This document shows, piece after piece, positions 8,883 to 18,614 of a DNA stretch of 64,000 nt. The stretch lies in NCBI GenBank assembly GCA_965219415.1, contig CBDCNP010000002.1:1792001-1856000 (forward strand), in the 5' to 3' direction. Numbering within the stretch: position 1 is the first letter of the stretch; every line of letters begins with the position of its first letter. This DNA comes from Candidatus Marinacidobacterales bacterium. Lineage in GTDB: Bacteria > Acidobacteriota > Vicinamibacteria > Marinacidobacterales > DATDRI01. A program made the translations under genes and the position numbers. The notes under the pieces were generated by a model. That model was not told where the DNA came from. It saw nothing but the letters and a program-made list of their open reading frames with translations, and did not search any database.

Positions 8883-11334
8883 CTACTCGTGCCTGAGCGC
8901 AACCATAGGATCGACCCGAGTCGCCCGGCGCGCCGGCAAGTAGCTGGCGAGACCGGCCACCGCCGCTAGTGTCGCCACGACCGAAACAAACGTCGCCGCG
9001 TCGGTCGAGCTCACTCCGAAGAGCAGGCTCTCCATGACGCGCGCCAGCGCGAAGGCACCCGCCATGCCCAGGACCAGACCTCAGGCAGTGAGGCGGAGCC
9101 CCTGGCCCACGAACAACCGCAGCACGTCCTTCGCCCGAGCGCCGAATGCCATGCGCACGCCGATCTCATGGGTGCGCTCGGCGACCGTGTGAGAAAGCAG
9201 ACCATATATCCCCATGGCGGCGAGAACGAGCGCCGGGGCGCCGAAGAGACTAAGGAGCAGCATGTTGAAATGGGGTTGGGCGACCGAGTTCTCAACCAAG
9301 CCTTCTAGGGTCCCCACTCTGAAGATCGGCAAATCCGGATCCACGGCCGCCACCTCGGCGCGCACCGAGGCTAGCAGAGCGAGCGGATCCACGGCGGTCC
9401 TGACCAGGAGGCCCATATCCCCGACAATGAATTGGCGCGAGGGAAGGTACAGTGCCGGTTCCACCATGGCATCGAGCCCCCGGAATCTGACGTCTTCGAC
9501 GATTCCCACGATCTCGAACGACTCCGGTAGATCCTGGGCCGTATTGCGATGTTGGAGTATTTGGCCCATGGGATCTTCATCGAGGAAGTACCTGCGGGCG
9601 AGCGAGCTATTGATGATGGCTGCTCCTGGATGCTCTGCATCGTCCTGCACGACGAACGGGCGCCCGCCGAGGAGCTCGATACCGGTGGTGCGAAAATAGT
9701 CGGGGCTCACCAATCGCAGCGTAGCGCCCGGACCCTCGCCGGGCCGGGGCTCGGGACGTCCCGCAATGCGGAATCCCGTCTCCCAATTTGCCTCGAGCGG
9801 AAGATCGTAGGCCATAGCCGCAGAGCGAACTCCCGGAAGCTCGCGCACCCGCTCGAGAATGTTCGAGTATCCGTTCACGACACGCGACCAATGCGGATAT
9901 CTTGCTTGAGACAGATCCAGCTCGAATGTCAGGATCCTATCGGTACGAAACCCTGGATCGACCTGAACGAGCTGCCAGAAGCTCCGTATGAGCAGACCGG
10001 CGCCGATCACGAGCATGACGGCAAGCGAGACTTCGGCAACCACCAAGGCCCTTCGAACCGCGTGTCGATGATCCGGATCGGTGGTTCCTCGACCGCCTTC
10101 CTTGAGTGATTCCTGAAGATCCGGCTTCAAGGATTGGAGGGCGGGGACGAGACCAAACATCATCGTCGCCAGGATAGACACAACAGCCGCGAAACAGAGA
10201 ACCGCGAGATCGATTCTGTCGTCGCCGAGGCGAGGGATGTCATGCGGCGTTATCCTCAGTTAGAACCTGACGGCCAAAATAGGCCACGCCCAAACCGAGA
10301 GCTCCGCCTCCTAGACCGAGGAGGATGCTTTCGGTGAGAAACTGCCGGATGAAGTCCCACCGCCCGGCACCCAAGGCGGCTCGCACCGCCACTTCCTTTT
10401 GTCGCGAAGCAGAGCGCGCGAGCAACAGTCCCGCAATGTTGGCACACACGATGGCCAAGACAAGACCCACCGCACCGAGCAGCACCAGAAGTCCCGAACG
10501 GACATCGCCGACCACTTCATCCACCAAACGCGTCAACGCAATGCTTTCTTTCGCGTTCTCCGGATAGGCTTGCTCCAATCTTCGGCCGATGGTCTCCATC
10601 TCCGATCGCGCATCTTGGAAGCTGATGCCGTTTCTTAGCCGCGCTAGCACACCAAAAACGTGGGAGCGCCGTGTGGTGCGAAAACCTTCAGGCAACGCCA
10701 TCGGCACCCAAAACTGATGATGGTCGGGGCGAAACTGGATTTGACCCACCGAGCTCACCCAAGTGGGATAGATGCCCTGCGGCATGACGCCGATGACAGT
10801 GAAGAGGTTGCCATCGAATGTGACGGGCTGTCCTAGGATTTCTCGATCGCCGCCGAATCGGCGTTGCCAGAGGCCGTAGCTCAGTAGGACGACTTTGTCC
10901 CGTCCGGGGGTCTCCTCCTCTTTGCTGAAGACCCGTCCCAATAGCGGTTCGACACCCAACGTACGGAAATAGTTTTCGGTGACTTTTCCTCCCAGAAGTG
11001 ATTCCGGATCGCCCTCGCCCGTCAAGCTATAGCGCGATGCTCCGAACATCGCCATGTCTTCGAAGACGCGGTTCTGTTCCCGCCAATCAAGGTAATTGCC
11101 GGGAGCCACCCTGAATTTCTCGGAGCCGGGCTTGGCTCGCGATTCCCAGACGGCGACAAGACGGTCCGGCTGACGATAGGAAAGCGGTCGCAGAAGCACC
11201 GAGTGAACCACGCTAAAAATCGCCGTGTTCGCTCCGATGCCGAGCCCCAGTGTGCAAAGGACGACGGCCGTAAAGCCGGGACTCTTTCGGGGCGTTCTGA
11301 GCCCGTAGCGGAGGTCGCTTAGCCACTTTTCCAT
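8883..11334 (-). pseudogene. ADOP-family duplicated ABC permease (MacB-like), two frameshifts
   Basis: Fragments 10240..11334, 9081..10181 and 8883..9065 form the typical DLRYGLR...PGFT...LGIGANTAIFSVV...ERTHEIGVRMA.GA...PARRATRVDPMVALRHE protein. Confidence 0.9.
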
Positions 11335-11597
11335 GTTCTCATCTCGAAAATGCGATCAATCGAGCACAACTTCTTAGACGGGGTGCAGGCACCGAGAGTT
11401 TCCTATCCCCTAAAAAATTATCAATGACTTGCAGTGGCTGCATCGTGCCAGGGGACACTCGCGGCTCCGATCCAACTTGACCCGGACGTCCAAAAAGGGC
11501 ATGCTGAGCGCTCCTGACCAAACTGTAAAGGCGTTACCCCCAGCCAGAACGCTTGCCGGCGGGAGAGGTTTCTCCGCAGGCAAGGAGAACAGTCGCT

Positions 11598-12719
11598 ATG
11601 AGCGAGAATCAGATCCTCGGAGGTCAGCCGGATAGAAGGGCAATCCCCCGATTGACACCCCAGCAAACGGTCGTCCTGACGGTTCATGACCAGCAGATCC
11701 TACCGTCCTACGGGGTCCTCAATGACATAACCGAATCGGGAGCGAGCATCGCCAACGACCACCTTCTGGAGACCGGTCGTAGCGTTCGCCTCAAGCTTGG
11801 GCTCAACGATTCGGGTGAACCCTTCGAGACCGACGCACGTATCGTATGGAACCAAAACGGCGTTCCCATAGGCGCCCTCCATGGCGTCGAGTTCACCGGG
11901 CTCTCCGGAGCACGTCGCGCCGAGCTGAGAGTACTCCTCGAACGAAGCGAGATCGATGGGGTAGACGAGCCCGAGGCGATTTCTCGATGGCGCAACGTCG
12001 CGTTAGTCGGTGTGACACTCCTTTTGCTGGTGGCCGCCGGCACCGCTTCGATCGCCTTCCACCACATCCGCATCATCAACGAACGTGTCGAATCGGCTCT
12101 CTCCCAGGTCGAGCAAAAAACCCAACATCTGAACTCGGGAGTTCGTTTCGACTCCGAACGCCAGCGGTTAGTGTTGGGACTTCGCGACGAGATCATTCGA
12201 GCCAATCATCTAATAAGCATCCGCGATGCCTACCAGTACGCCCAATTGGCCCTGATCGCGTCGGAAAAATATCCCACGATTGACCCACTCTTGTTCTTGG
12301 CGGTGGGTATCGTCGAGAGCGGTTACAACGTGTCCGCCACGAGTCACGCCGCCGCGGCCGGCCTCTACCAAATCGCGCCCACGACCGGACGCATGCTGGC
12401 CCGAACGCTGAGCTGGGAATATTCGCCGGAGATGCTCTACGACCCCCAGAAGAACACGGAGATGGCGGCGCTCTATTTGGATATCTTGTTATCCACTCAT
12501 GACGACGTAGAGGTAGTGCTCGCGGAATACAACGGCGGGCCGCGGAATGCTCAGTTTTTTCGAGCCGGTAGCAGTCGACTCGCGGAGGAAACGCGCCACT
12601 ACGTTCCCAAGGTCATGAGCGTCTACGAGAGGCTTAAGAACCGTTTCGAGGTGGAAGAGCGCCAGACGGAGCTCACTCGCGCTCAAGCCCCCGTTTCCGG
12701 ACTGTCCGGAACCCCCTAG
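11598..12719 (+). CDS. PilZ domain - transmembrane helix - SLT lytic transglycosylase fusion
   Basis: PilZ motifs RRAIPR (RxxxR), DITESG (D/NxS/TxxG) and GVEF; TM VALVGVTLLLLVAAG; SLT motifs VESGYN, GLYQI, AEYNGGP and ETRHYVPKV. Confidence 0.85.
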   Translation: MSENQILGGQPDRRAIPRLTPQQTVVLTVHDQQILPSYGVLNDITESGASIANDHLLETGRSVRLKLGLNDSGEPFETDARIVWNQNGVPIGALHGVEFTGLSGARRAELRVLLERSEIDGVDEPEAISRWRNVALVGVTLLLLVAAGTASIAFHHIRIINERVESALSQVEQKTQHLNSGVRFDSERQRLVLGLRDEIIRANHLISIRDAYQYAQLALIASEKYPTIDPLLFLAVGIVESGYNVSATSHAAAAGLYQIAPTTGRMLARTLSWEYSPEMLYDPQKNTEMAALYLDILLSTHDDVEVVLAEYNGGPRNAQFFRAGSSRLAEETRHYVPKVMSVYERLKNRFEVEERQTELTRAQAPVSGLSGTP

Positions 12720-12724
12720 GACCA

Positions 12725-13303
12725 CTAGTCGACCCTTGCCACGAAGGCGATGCCGATGGGTGGTGCGAGGCTTTGCCCGTCCGCCGGTTGTTGTTGGATC
12801 TTCCTAACAACATCCATCCCCGCGATCACCTGCCCGAATGCGGCAAAGCCTTGACCATCGGGGTTTCTTCCACCTCCGAAATCGAGCTCCGGTTGATCGC
12901 CAACGCAGATGAAGAACTCCGATGACGCGGTCCCTGGATCTAAGCGCGCCATCGAGATCACACCGTCTTTGTGGAGCACGCCCGTCTGGTCCGTCGTTTC
13001 GTGCTCGATGGGCGGCAGTCTGTCTTCCTGCTCGCTCCGACCCAGCCCACCCTGAATCACTTCTATCTTGATGTCGCTATCTGGTTGGTTCCCCATGCGA
13101 ACGACGCGATAGAAGCTGCTCCCCTCAAAGCGTTCTTCATCAACGTACTTCAAGAAGTTTGCGGCTGTGACGGGAGCCTCCTCTTGGTAAATCTCGATCT
13201 TGATGACTCCCAGCTCCGTTTCGATGACGACGTGAGGCCTGGCCTCGAGACCTCCACTCCCTACAACGCCCAACCAAGCGAGCCAGGCAACGATTAGATT
13301 CAT
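12725..13303 (-). CDS. Cyclophilin-type peptidyl-prolyl cis-trans isomerase, exported
   Basis: APVTAANFL.YV, FYRVV, IQGG, ISMAR, SEFFI and FAAFGQV..GMDVV. Confidence 0.92.
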   Translation of the reverse strand: MNLIVAWLAWLGVVGSGGLEARPHVVIETELGVIKIEIYQEEAPVTAANFLKYVDEERFEGSSFYRVVRMGNQPDSDIKIEVIQGGLGRSEQEDRLPPIEHETTDQTGVLHKDGVISMARLDPGTASSEFFICVGDQPELDFGGGRNPDGQGFAAFGQVIAGMDVVRKIQQQPADGQSLAPPIGIAFVARVD

Positions 13304-13400
13304 AAACCTCCTTACCGTGCGCCAAAAAAGGAAAAGTTCCAACTGCGCACGAATTTAGCTGGGATCCCGCCTTATCGCCTGCACAGAGGGGAACCCGAAA

Positions 13401-13560
13401 ATGAGCAAAAAGTTATACCTCGCCAGCCCGTACGGCTTTTCACCCCAACAAGAGGAACGACTTCTCACTCTTGTCGACATTCTAGCCGAGCTCGGGCGGA
13501 CGTTTGGGAGCCTTTCGCACGTAAATGGATTACTTTTACCGATCGGTCGACGAGGTTCGC
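13401..13560 (+). pseudogene. N-terminal remnant of a nucleoside 2-deoxyribosyltransferase-like gene
   Basis: KKLYLASPYGFS.QQ.ERLL, then WEPFAR in a shifted frame; degenerates afterwards. Confidence 0.5.
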
Positions 13561-13655
13561 TCGCCGGGCACAGCCGTCGCCCGATCGCTGACCGACACGG
13601 TCGAATAACTCGAGCGGTTGGGAGTCTCAAGATCGGCTGCTACGATAGAGGCTAA

Positions 13656-14990
13656 ATGCCTTACCGAATCCGGAGGACTTTCATGACCACCACCGGGAAG
13701 AACACTTCTTCGACCTTCCGCTACGCGACGGTGATGCTAGCCACGCTCGCGTTGTCTTTCTGGTTCGTAGCCGAAGCTAGTCAGCAATACCCAGGCCCGG
13801 GCGTGCGTGACCATGAAGAAGAAGAGGGCGAATCGATTCCCGAGCCAGCGGCTCAGGAGGAGACACACTGCAGCGGCGGCACGGCGGGCGCTTACCCATG
13901 CAAGAACGTCGACCTGTTGTCGTTCATACCGTTGAGTGAGATCGGGGGGGAAGGCGGAGCCCAGGGCGCAGACATTTGGGGCTGGACCGACCCGGAAAAT
14001 GGCCGCGAATATGCACTGATGGCGCTTTCAACGGGCACCTCGTTCATAGACATTACTAATCCCACCGACCCGGTATATCTCGGCCTGTTGCCGACGCAAA
14101 CCGTTGCCAGTCCATGGCGCGACGTCAAGGTATACAGGAATCATGCCTTCATCGTCTCGGAGGCCGCGTCCCACGGCATGCAAGTATTCAATCTCAAACA
14201 GTTGGGCAGAGTGACCGGCCCTCCGGTGAGCTTTTCCAGCACCGCGCATTATGCCGCGCAAGGTCTAAGCACTTCGCACAACGTCGCGATCAACGAAAAA
14301 ACCGGATTCGCCTACATCGTGGGCAGCAACACCTGCGCCGGCGGACTCCACATGGTCAATATAAAAAAACCCAAGGCGCCAAAGTTCGCCGGCTGCTACA
14401 GCGGAGACGGCTACACCCACGATGCACACTGCGTAGTGTACCGGGGACCGGATTCAGAGCATTCGAGCCGTGAGATCTGTTTTAACGCCAACGAGGACAC
14501 ACTGACGATCGTGGACGTGACCAACAAGAGCAACCCGCGCATGCTGTCTCGAACAAGTTACGCAGGGGTCGCTTATACACATCAGAGTTGGACCACGGAG
14601 GACCAGATCTATCTGCTTTTGGACGATGAGCTCGACGAGAGAACCGAGGGCAACAAGACGAAGACCTTTATCTGGGACATCGTTGACCTCGATACTCCCG
14701 AGCTCATCGGCACCTACACCGGCAAGAAAAAAGCTATCGACCACAATCTCTACGTTCGTGACGGCTTCGCTTATCAAGCCAACTATCAGAGCGGGCTACG
14801 AATTCTAGATCTAAAGAACATCGCTGATGGCAAACTGAATGAGGTCGCTTTCTTCGACACTTTCCCCGAAGGTAACCAAGCCCGTTTCAACGGGGCCTGG
14901 AGTAACTATCCGTATTTTCCAAGCGGTGTCGTCATCGTGAGCGGCATCGAGCAAGGGCTCTTCGTTCTCCACCCCCACCTGCCTCGCTAA
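13656..14990 (+). CDS. Choice-of-anchor B family (LVIVD-repeat) secreted protein
   Basis: YPCKNVDLLS, DIWGWTDPENGREYA, WRDVKVY..HAFIVSEA..HGMQVF, YTHDA and GAWSNYPYFPSG. Confidence 0.9.
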   Translation: MPYRIRRTFMTTTGKNTSSTFRYATVMLATLALSFWFVAEASQQYPGPGVRDHEEEEGESIPEPAAQEETHCSGGTAGAYPCKNVDLLSFIPLSEIGGEGGAQGADIWGWTDPENGREYALMALSTGTSFIDITNPTDPVYLGLLPTQTVASPWRDVKVYRNHAFIVSEAASHGMQVFNLKQLGRVTGPPVSFSSTAHYAAQGLSTSHNVAINEKTGFAYIVGSNTCAGGLHMVNIKKPKAPKFAGCYSGDGYTHDAHCVVYRGPDSEHSSREICFNANEDTLTIVDVTNKSNPRMLSRTSYAGVAYTHQSWTTEDQIYLLLDDELDERTEGNKTKTFIWDIVDLDTPELIGTYTGKKKAIDHNLYVRDGFAYQANYQSGLRILDLKNIADGKLNEVAFFDTFPEGNQARFNGAWSNYPYFPSGVVIVSGIEQGLFVLHPHLPR

Positions 14991-15056
14991 CCTCAACGAC
15001 TTCCGACTCGAGGCCGGCGAACGAGCCGAGGCCACCCGGTTAGATCGAAAACGGTA

Positions 15057-16046
15057 TCAGATCGTTCGCAGGCCGATCACCAGGGTCCGGTCGTCGCTCG
15101 GCTCGCCCGGAGAGAATCTATCCACTTCCGCGACCACGAGATTGGATACCTGCTGTGCGGACTCTCCATCCCTACGACCCAGGAGATCGCTCAACCTTAA
15201 CTCGCCGAACGGTTCTCCGGATGGATCCTCCGCCTCGGTGACGCCGTCGGTGTAGAGCGCCAACACATCACCCGGGCCGAGCACGATCGAGGTTTGCTCG
15301 AACTTCGCACCCGGCAGGATACCGACGACCGTGCCGGTTGCACCGAGCACCTCGACCTCGCCGGAGGCGCGTCGAATAAGAGGAGGGTTGTGCCCCGCAT
15401 TGACATAGTTCAACTCTCCGGTCTCATAGCACAACACTCCGTAGAAGACAGTGGCGTAGCGGCCGGGATGCGCGGTATCGAGAAGCTGCTCGTTGGCAGT
15501 CTTGATCAGCTCGGCCGGTGACAATCCTAACCGGGTCAGTGTACGGAACGTAGCCTGAAATGTCGTTCGCAGGAGTCCAGCCGGAATTCCTTTGCCAGCC
15601 ACATCGCCGATCAGGATCCCCACGCTCTTCGGGTCCGGTTGGGACAAGAAGTCGTAGAAATCTCCGCTCAGGATCCTGGAAGGCCGATAATGAACGCCGA
15701 AGCCGAAAGACTCGTTGGACGGGATGCGTCGCGGTAAGAGGGACCGATCCACTTCACGAGCGACTCGCAGATCATCCTCCAACCGCCTGATATCTGTCTC
15801 CTTCATGCATTCGAGGCACAGGCTAGTGGTCGGACTACCCAACAAGACTTCGTGCTCGACGTGCCCATCGCAGCTAGCGCAGGGGATCTCCGCATTCTCC
15901 TCGATGCGATGGAGGGCCTCTTGAAGGCTATCGAGCTCAGCGGCCGAGCTAGGTTCTGCCAACGACGCCTCGGATAACCATTCCAGAAGGCTCTCACGTC
16001 GCTCGCGAAGCAGGCCGTGGAAGAAATCAATGTCCGTCGTGTTCAT
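15057..16046 (-). CDS. PP2C/SpoIIE (RsbU-like) phosphatase with N-terminal DksA/TraR-type C4 zinc finger
   Basis: ALHRIEE...CASC...L.SP...LCLEC; catalytic SGDFYD, GDVAGKG, NAGHNPP, YTDGVTE and DDRT. Confidence 0.88.
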   Translation of the reverse strand: MNTTDIDFFHGLLRERRESLLEWLSEASLAEPSSAAELDSLQEALHRIEENAEIPCASCDGHVEHEVLLGSPTTSLCLECMKETDIRRLEDDLRVAREVDRSLLPRRIPSNESFGFGVHYRPSRILSGDFYDFLSQPDPKSVGILIGDVAGKGIPAGLLRTTFQATFRTLTRLGLSPAELIKTANEQLLDTAHPGRYATVFYGVLCYETGELNYVNAGHNPPLIRRASGEVEVLGATGTVVGILPGAKFEQTSIVLGPGDVLALYTDGVTEAEDPSGEPFGELRLSDLLGRRDGESAQQVSNLVVAEVDRFSPGEPSDDRTLVIGLRTI

Positions 16047-16048
16047 TC

Positions 16049-16828
16049 CTATCCTCGCTTCCGTTTTTGCGAAGTCCCTACCGGGCCTTTGGGATCTTCG
16101 AGGTCAATTCCCTCGATTTCAAAGAGAGTCCGCTTCACGTTCAGTCCTCCGCCGTAGCCCCCAATGGAACCGTCGGCTGCGATGACCCGGTGACACGGCA
16201 CAACGATGGCGACGGGGTTCTTGTTCAACGCTCCACCCACTGCACGGCAGGCCTGGGGTTGACCGATGCGACGAGCGATGTCGCCATAGCTCGCGCAACA
16301 GCCGAACGGAATTCGAGAGGTCACCGCCAAGACTTTCCGTTGAAACGGTGTCACATGCCGGAGATCGAGGGGAACTTCGAACCGCTCGCGCCTGCCGGCC
16401 AAGTACTCTTGGAGCTCCCGACGCTCCCGGTGTAGTCGGCGGGCGTCCGCCTCGGGCAGGAGTCCTCGACTCAGAAGGTCGTTAGCGAACTCCTTCTCGT
16501 TGGTCCGAAAGCCGATGCGGCAAAGCCCCCGCTCCGTTGCCGCCAGATAAACCGGCCCGAAAGACGCTGCCACATGACCGATGAAGGCATGACGCTCTCT
16601 GAACTCTTTCTCGAGCTTTCGGTGAGCGGACGGGAAACCCTTTTCGTTCGTTCGCTCATGTACCTCGAAAGCCGTATCCAACCATTTGTCCCGCTCGCCG
16701 TCCAGACGGCAGTCTTCGCACTCGCGACCATGAAGCTCGGCTCGCTTCCTGTGCTGGGCGCCCGCGTCGCCGGCTAAGATCGCGAGTTGAATCTCTTCAA
16801 ACGTCTGACAATCCATTTCTTCCTCCAC
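16049..16828 (-). CDS. ogt: Zinc anti-sigma (zf-HC2/ZAS) domain fused to methylated-DNA-[protein]-cysteine S-methyltransferase
   Basis: N-terminal MDC-x25-HGRECEDC (C...HxxxCxxC); C-terminal MGMT motifs TPFQRKV, IPFG, RAVGGA, NPV...PCHRV and GGYGGG. Confidence 0.88.
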   Translation of the reverse strand: MEEEMDCQTFEEIQLAILAGDAGAQHRKRAELHGRECEDCRLDGERDKWLDTAFEVHERTNEKGFPSAHRKLEKEFRERHAFIGHVAASFGPVYLAATERGLCRIGFRTNEKEFANDLLSRGLLPEADARRLHRERRELQEYLAGRRERFEVPLDLRHVTPFQRKVLAVTSRIPFGCCASYGDIARRIGQPQACRAVGGALNKNPVAIVVPCHRVIAADGSIGGYGGGLNVKRTLFEIEGIDLEDPKGPVGTSQKRKRG

Positions 16829-17338
16829 TTACTTACGTCGTCCCGCGAGGCCGCGCCTGATCTTCCCCATCGCTTGATAGACGTGGGCGCGGGCCGCTTG
16901 CTCAGTACAAGCCAGCGTCTCAGCAATCTCACGATAAGGCAGCCCTTGGTATTTTCTCTGCAACAACGCCACCCTCTGACGCACCGGGAGGGCGCGAACG
17001 ATCTCTCCGAGGCGACCGGCAAACCGTCTGGTCTCGACCAAACTCTCCAGGTCGCCATTGCTCTCCGCCAAATGAAGCGCCTTTTCTAGCGGCAGAGTCC
17101 GTCGGAGTTTTTGTCCACGTGCCAGGTTCAATGCGGAACGCGAGGCGATGCGATAAAGCCAGGCGCGATGATTCGCCTTGGCGGGTAGTCGGTCGAGGGC
17201 TCGAAAGGCCCGAAAGAAAGTGTCCTGCAGAACGTCCGCCGCATCCTCCGGGTTACCGGTCATGCGGTAGGTAAAGCGGTAGATCTCCTTCTCATACCAT
17301 GCCATGAGCTCTTCGAATCTCACCTGCAAAGGTTTCAA
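16829..17338 (-). CDS. ECF-type RNA polymerase sigma factor
   Basis: Region 2 DAADVLQDTF...AWLYRIA; region 4 LPVRQR...GLPYREIAETL; no C-terminal extension; GGGGG RBS before TTG. Confidence 0.92.
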   Translation of the reverse strand: MKPLQVRFEELMAWYEKEIYRFTYRMTGNPEDAADVLQDTFFRAFRALDRLPAKANHRAWLYRIASRSALNLARGQKLRRTLPLEKALHLAESNGDLESLVETRRFAGRLGEIVRALPVRQRVALLQRKYQGLPYREIAETLACTEQAARAHVYQAMGKIRRGLAGRRK

Positions 17339-17354
17339 TTCCCCCTTTACTGGC

Positions 17355-17381
17355 TATGACACGCGAAGGGTCTCTTTGTGA
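17355..17381 (-). promoter_or_regulatory. Candidate ECF-type autoregulatory promoter TCACA-N16-GTCATA
   Basis: Minus strand reads tttcaca-aagagacccttcgcgt-gtcata, ending 16 nt before the sigma start; resembles TGTCACA-N16-CGTC-type ECF promoters. Confidence 0.5.
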
Positions 17382-17427
17382 AAGATGGTTTGCGGATCTC
17401 GTGCGAAAGAGTGTAGACCTCCTTCTC

Positions 17428-18573
17428 ATGGCGCCTTACAGTCAGCTAGTGCAGTTGGGAATCCTCTTGACGGCCCTCGCCCAGACCCCCGCGCCACCGG
17501 GTGCGCGGGTAGAGCTCTACACCTTCGGGCCGGGCGAGGATGTCTTCTCCAAGTTCGGGCATGCGGCCATTTGCGTCTTCGACGAAAGGGGACTGGGCGG
17601 TCGCTGTTTCAACTATGGGAGCGCAGATTTCTCCACTCCCGGCCCGCTCACGTGGGACGTCGTTCGGGGCCGAGCCCGTTTTTGGGTATCCGTGGCACCC
17701 TTCGGAGAGATGCTTCGACTCTACTTGGCCGAGGATCGAACCATCTATCGGCAGCCGCTGCCGTTGACGTCGGAGCAGGTTGAAGAAATGAAGCAGCGGC
17801 TCGAGACGGCGGCCCTTCCAGAGAATCGCTACTACGCGTACGACCATTTCGACGACAACTGTTCGACCCGCCCCCGGGATCATATCGACGCCGTCACCGA
17901 CGGCGCTCTGCAGCGCAGGTCCACAAGCCATGGCTCCTCGTTCCGTGAGCTCATCCACGACAGCCTGGAGGATGATCCACTCGTCTTCGCACTGGTCGAG
18001 ACCTTCTTGGGACGCTCGATAGATCGGGAACGAACCGAGTATGAAGCGATGTTTCTACCTCGGATCTTGAGAGAGACAGTCGCCTTGCATCTGGGAGCTA
18101 CTCCTGAAATCGTCCACGCCCGAAAGAATCCTGCCTCCGCCGGGCTTCCCTGGCTCGGACCATGGCTAGTCACGCACCGTCGGGAATTGGGGCTGGCGAT
18201 TGGCTTGGTGAGCGCATTGCTCATCCTGCTGGGGACGCCTGGTACCTCTCGCGCACTTCGGTCCTTGTTCGGTATTCTCTTCGGAACCGTCGGTGTCCTT
18301 CTCGCGTTGCTAGCGGTCATGTCTCCGCTTCCCGAGCTTCGCTACAACGAGCTCTTGCTGCTGTGGCTGCCAACCGACTTCTTGTTGATCGTGTACTCGC
18401 GGCGGGTAACGATTTTATACACCGGCGTCCGATTGGCAGGCCTCCTGGCAGTTGGCCTTTTGTCCGCCTGGGGCTGGTTCCTACAGCCGTTGTGGACTTT
18501 CTGGACACTTGCGGCTTTGGTCCTCGGAGCCGTCTCTGCGCGAACGCTGGTTCGACCGGGTCGGTTAGGCTAG
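17428..18573 (+). CDS. DUF4105 (Lnb-like) membrane protein
   Basis: [36 protein letters not shown] and MFLP; four C-terminal TM helices. Confidence 0.85.
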   Translation: MAPYSQLVQLGILLTALAQTPAPPGARVELYTFGPGEDVFSKFGHAAICVFDERGLGGRCFNYGSADFSTPGPLTWDVVRGRARFWVSVAPFGEMLRLYLAEDRTIYRQPLPLTSEQVEEMKQRLETAALPENRYYAYDHFDDNCSTRPRDHIDAVTDGALQRRSTSHGSSFRELIHDSLEDDPLVFALVETFLGRSIDRERTEYEAMFLPRILRETVALHLGATPEIVHARKNPASAGLPWLGPWLVTHRRELGLAIGLVSALLILLGTPGTSRALRSLFGILFGTVGVLLALLAVMSPLPELRYNELLLLWLPTDFLLIVYSRRVTILYTGVRLAGLLAVGLLSAWGWFLQPLWTFWTLAALVLGAVSARTLVRPGRLG

Positions 18574-18614
18574 AATGTCAGGAGCGCACTCCTTTCTCGA
18601 TCAAAGGATTCCCA

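Noticed and set aside
11335-11597. c-di-GMP riboswitch or sigma54 promoter before the PilZ-SLT gene
   Set aside because: GEMM motifs absent and TGGCAC is not followed by TTGC at the right spacing; only an IHF-like TATCAATGACTTG is present.
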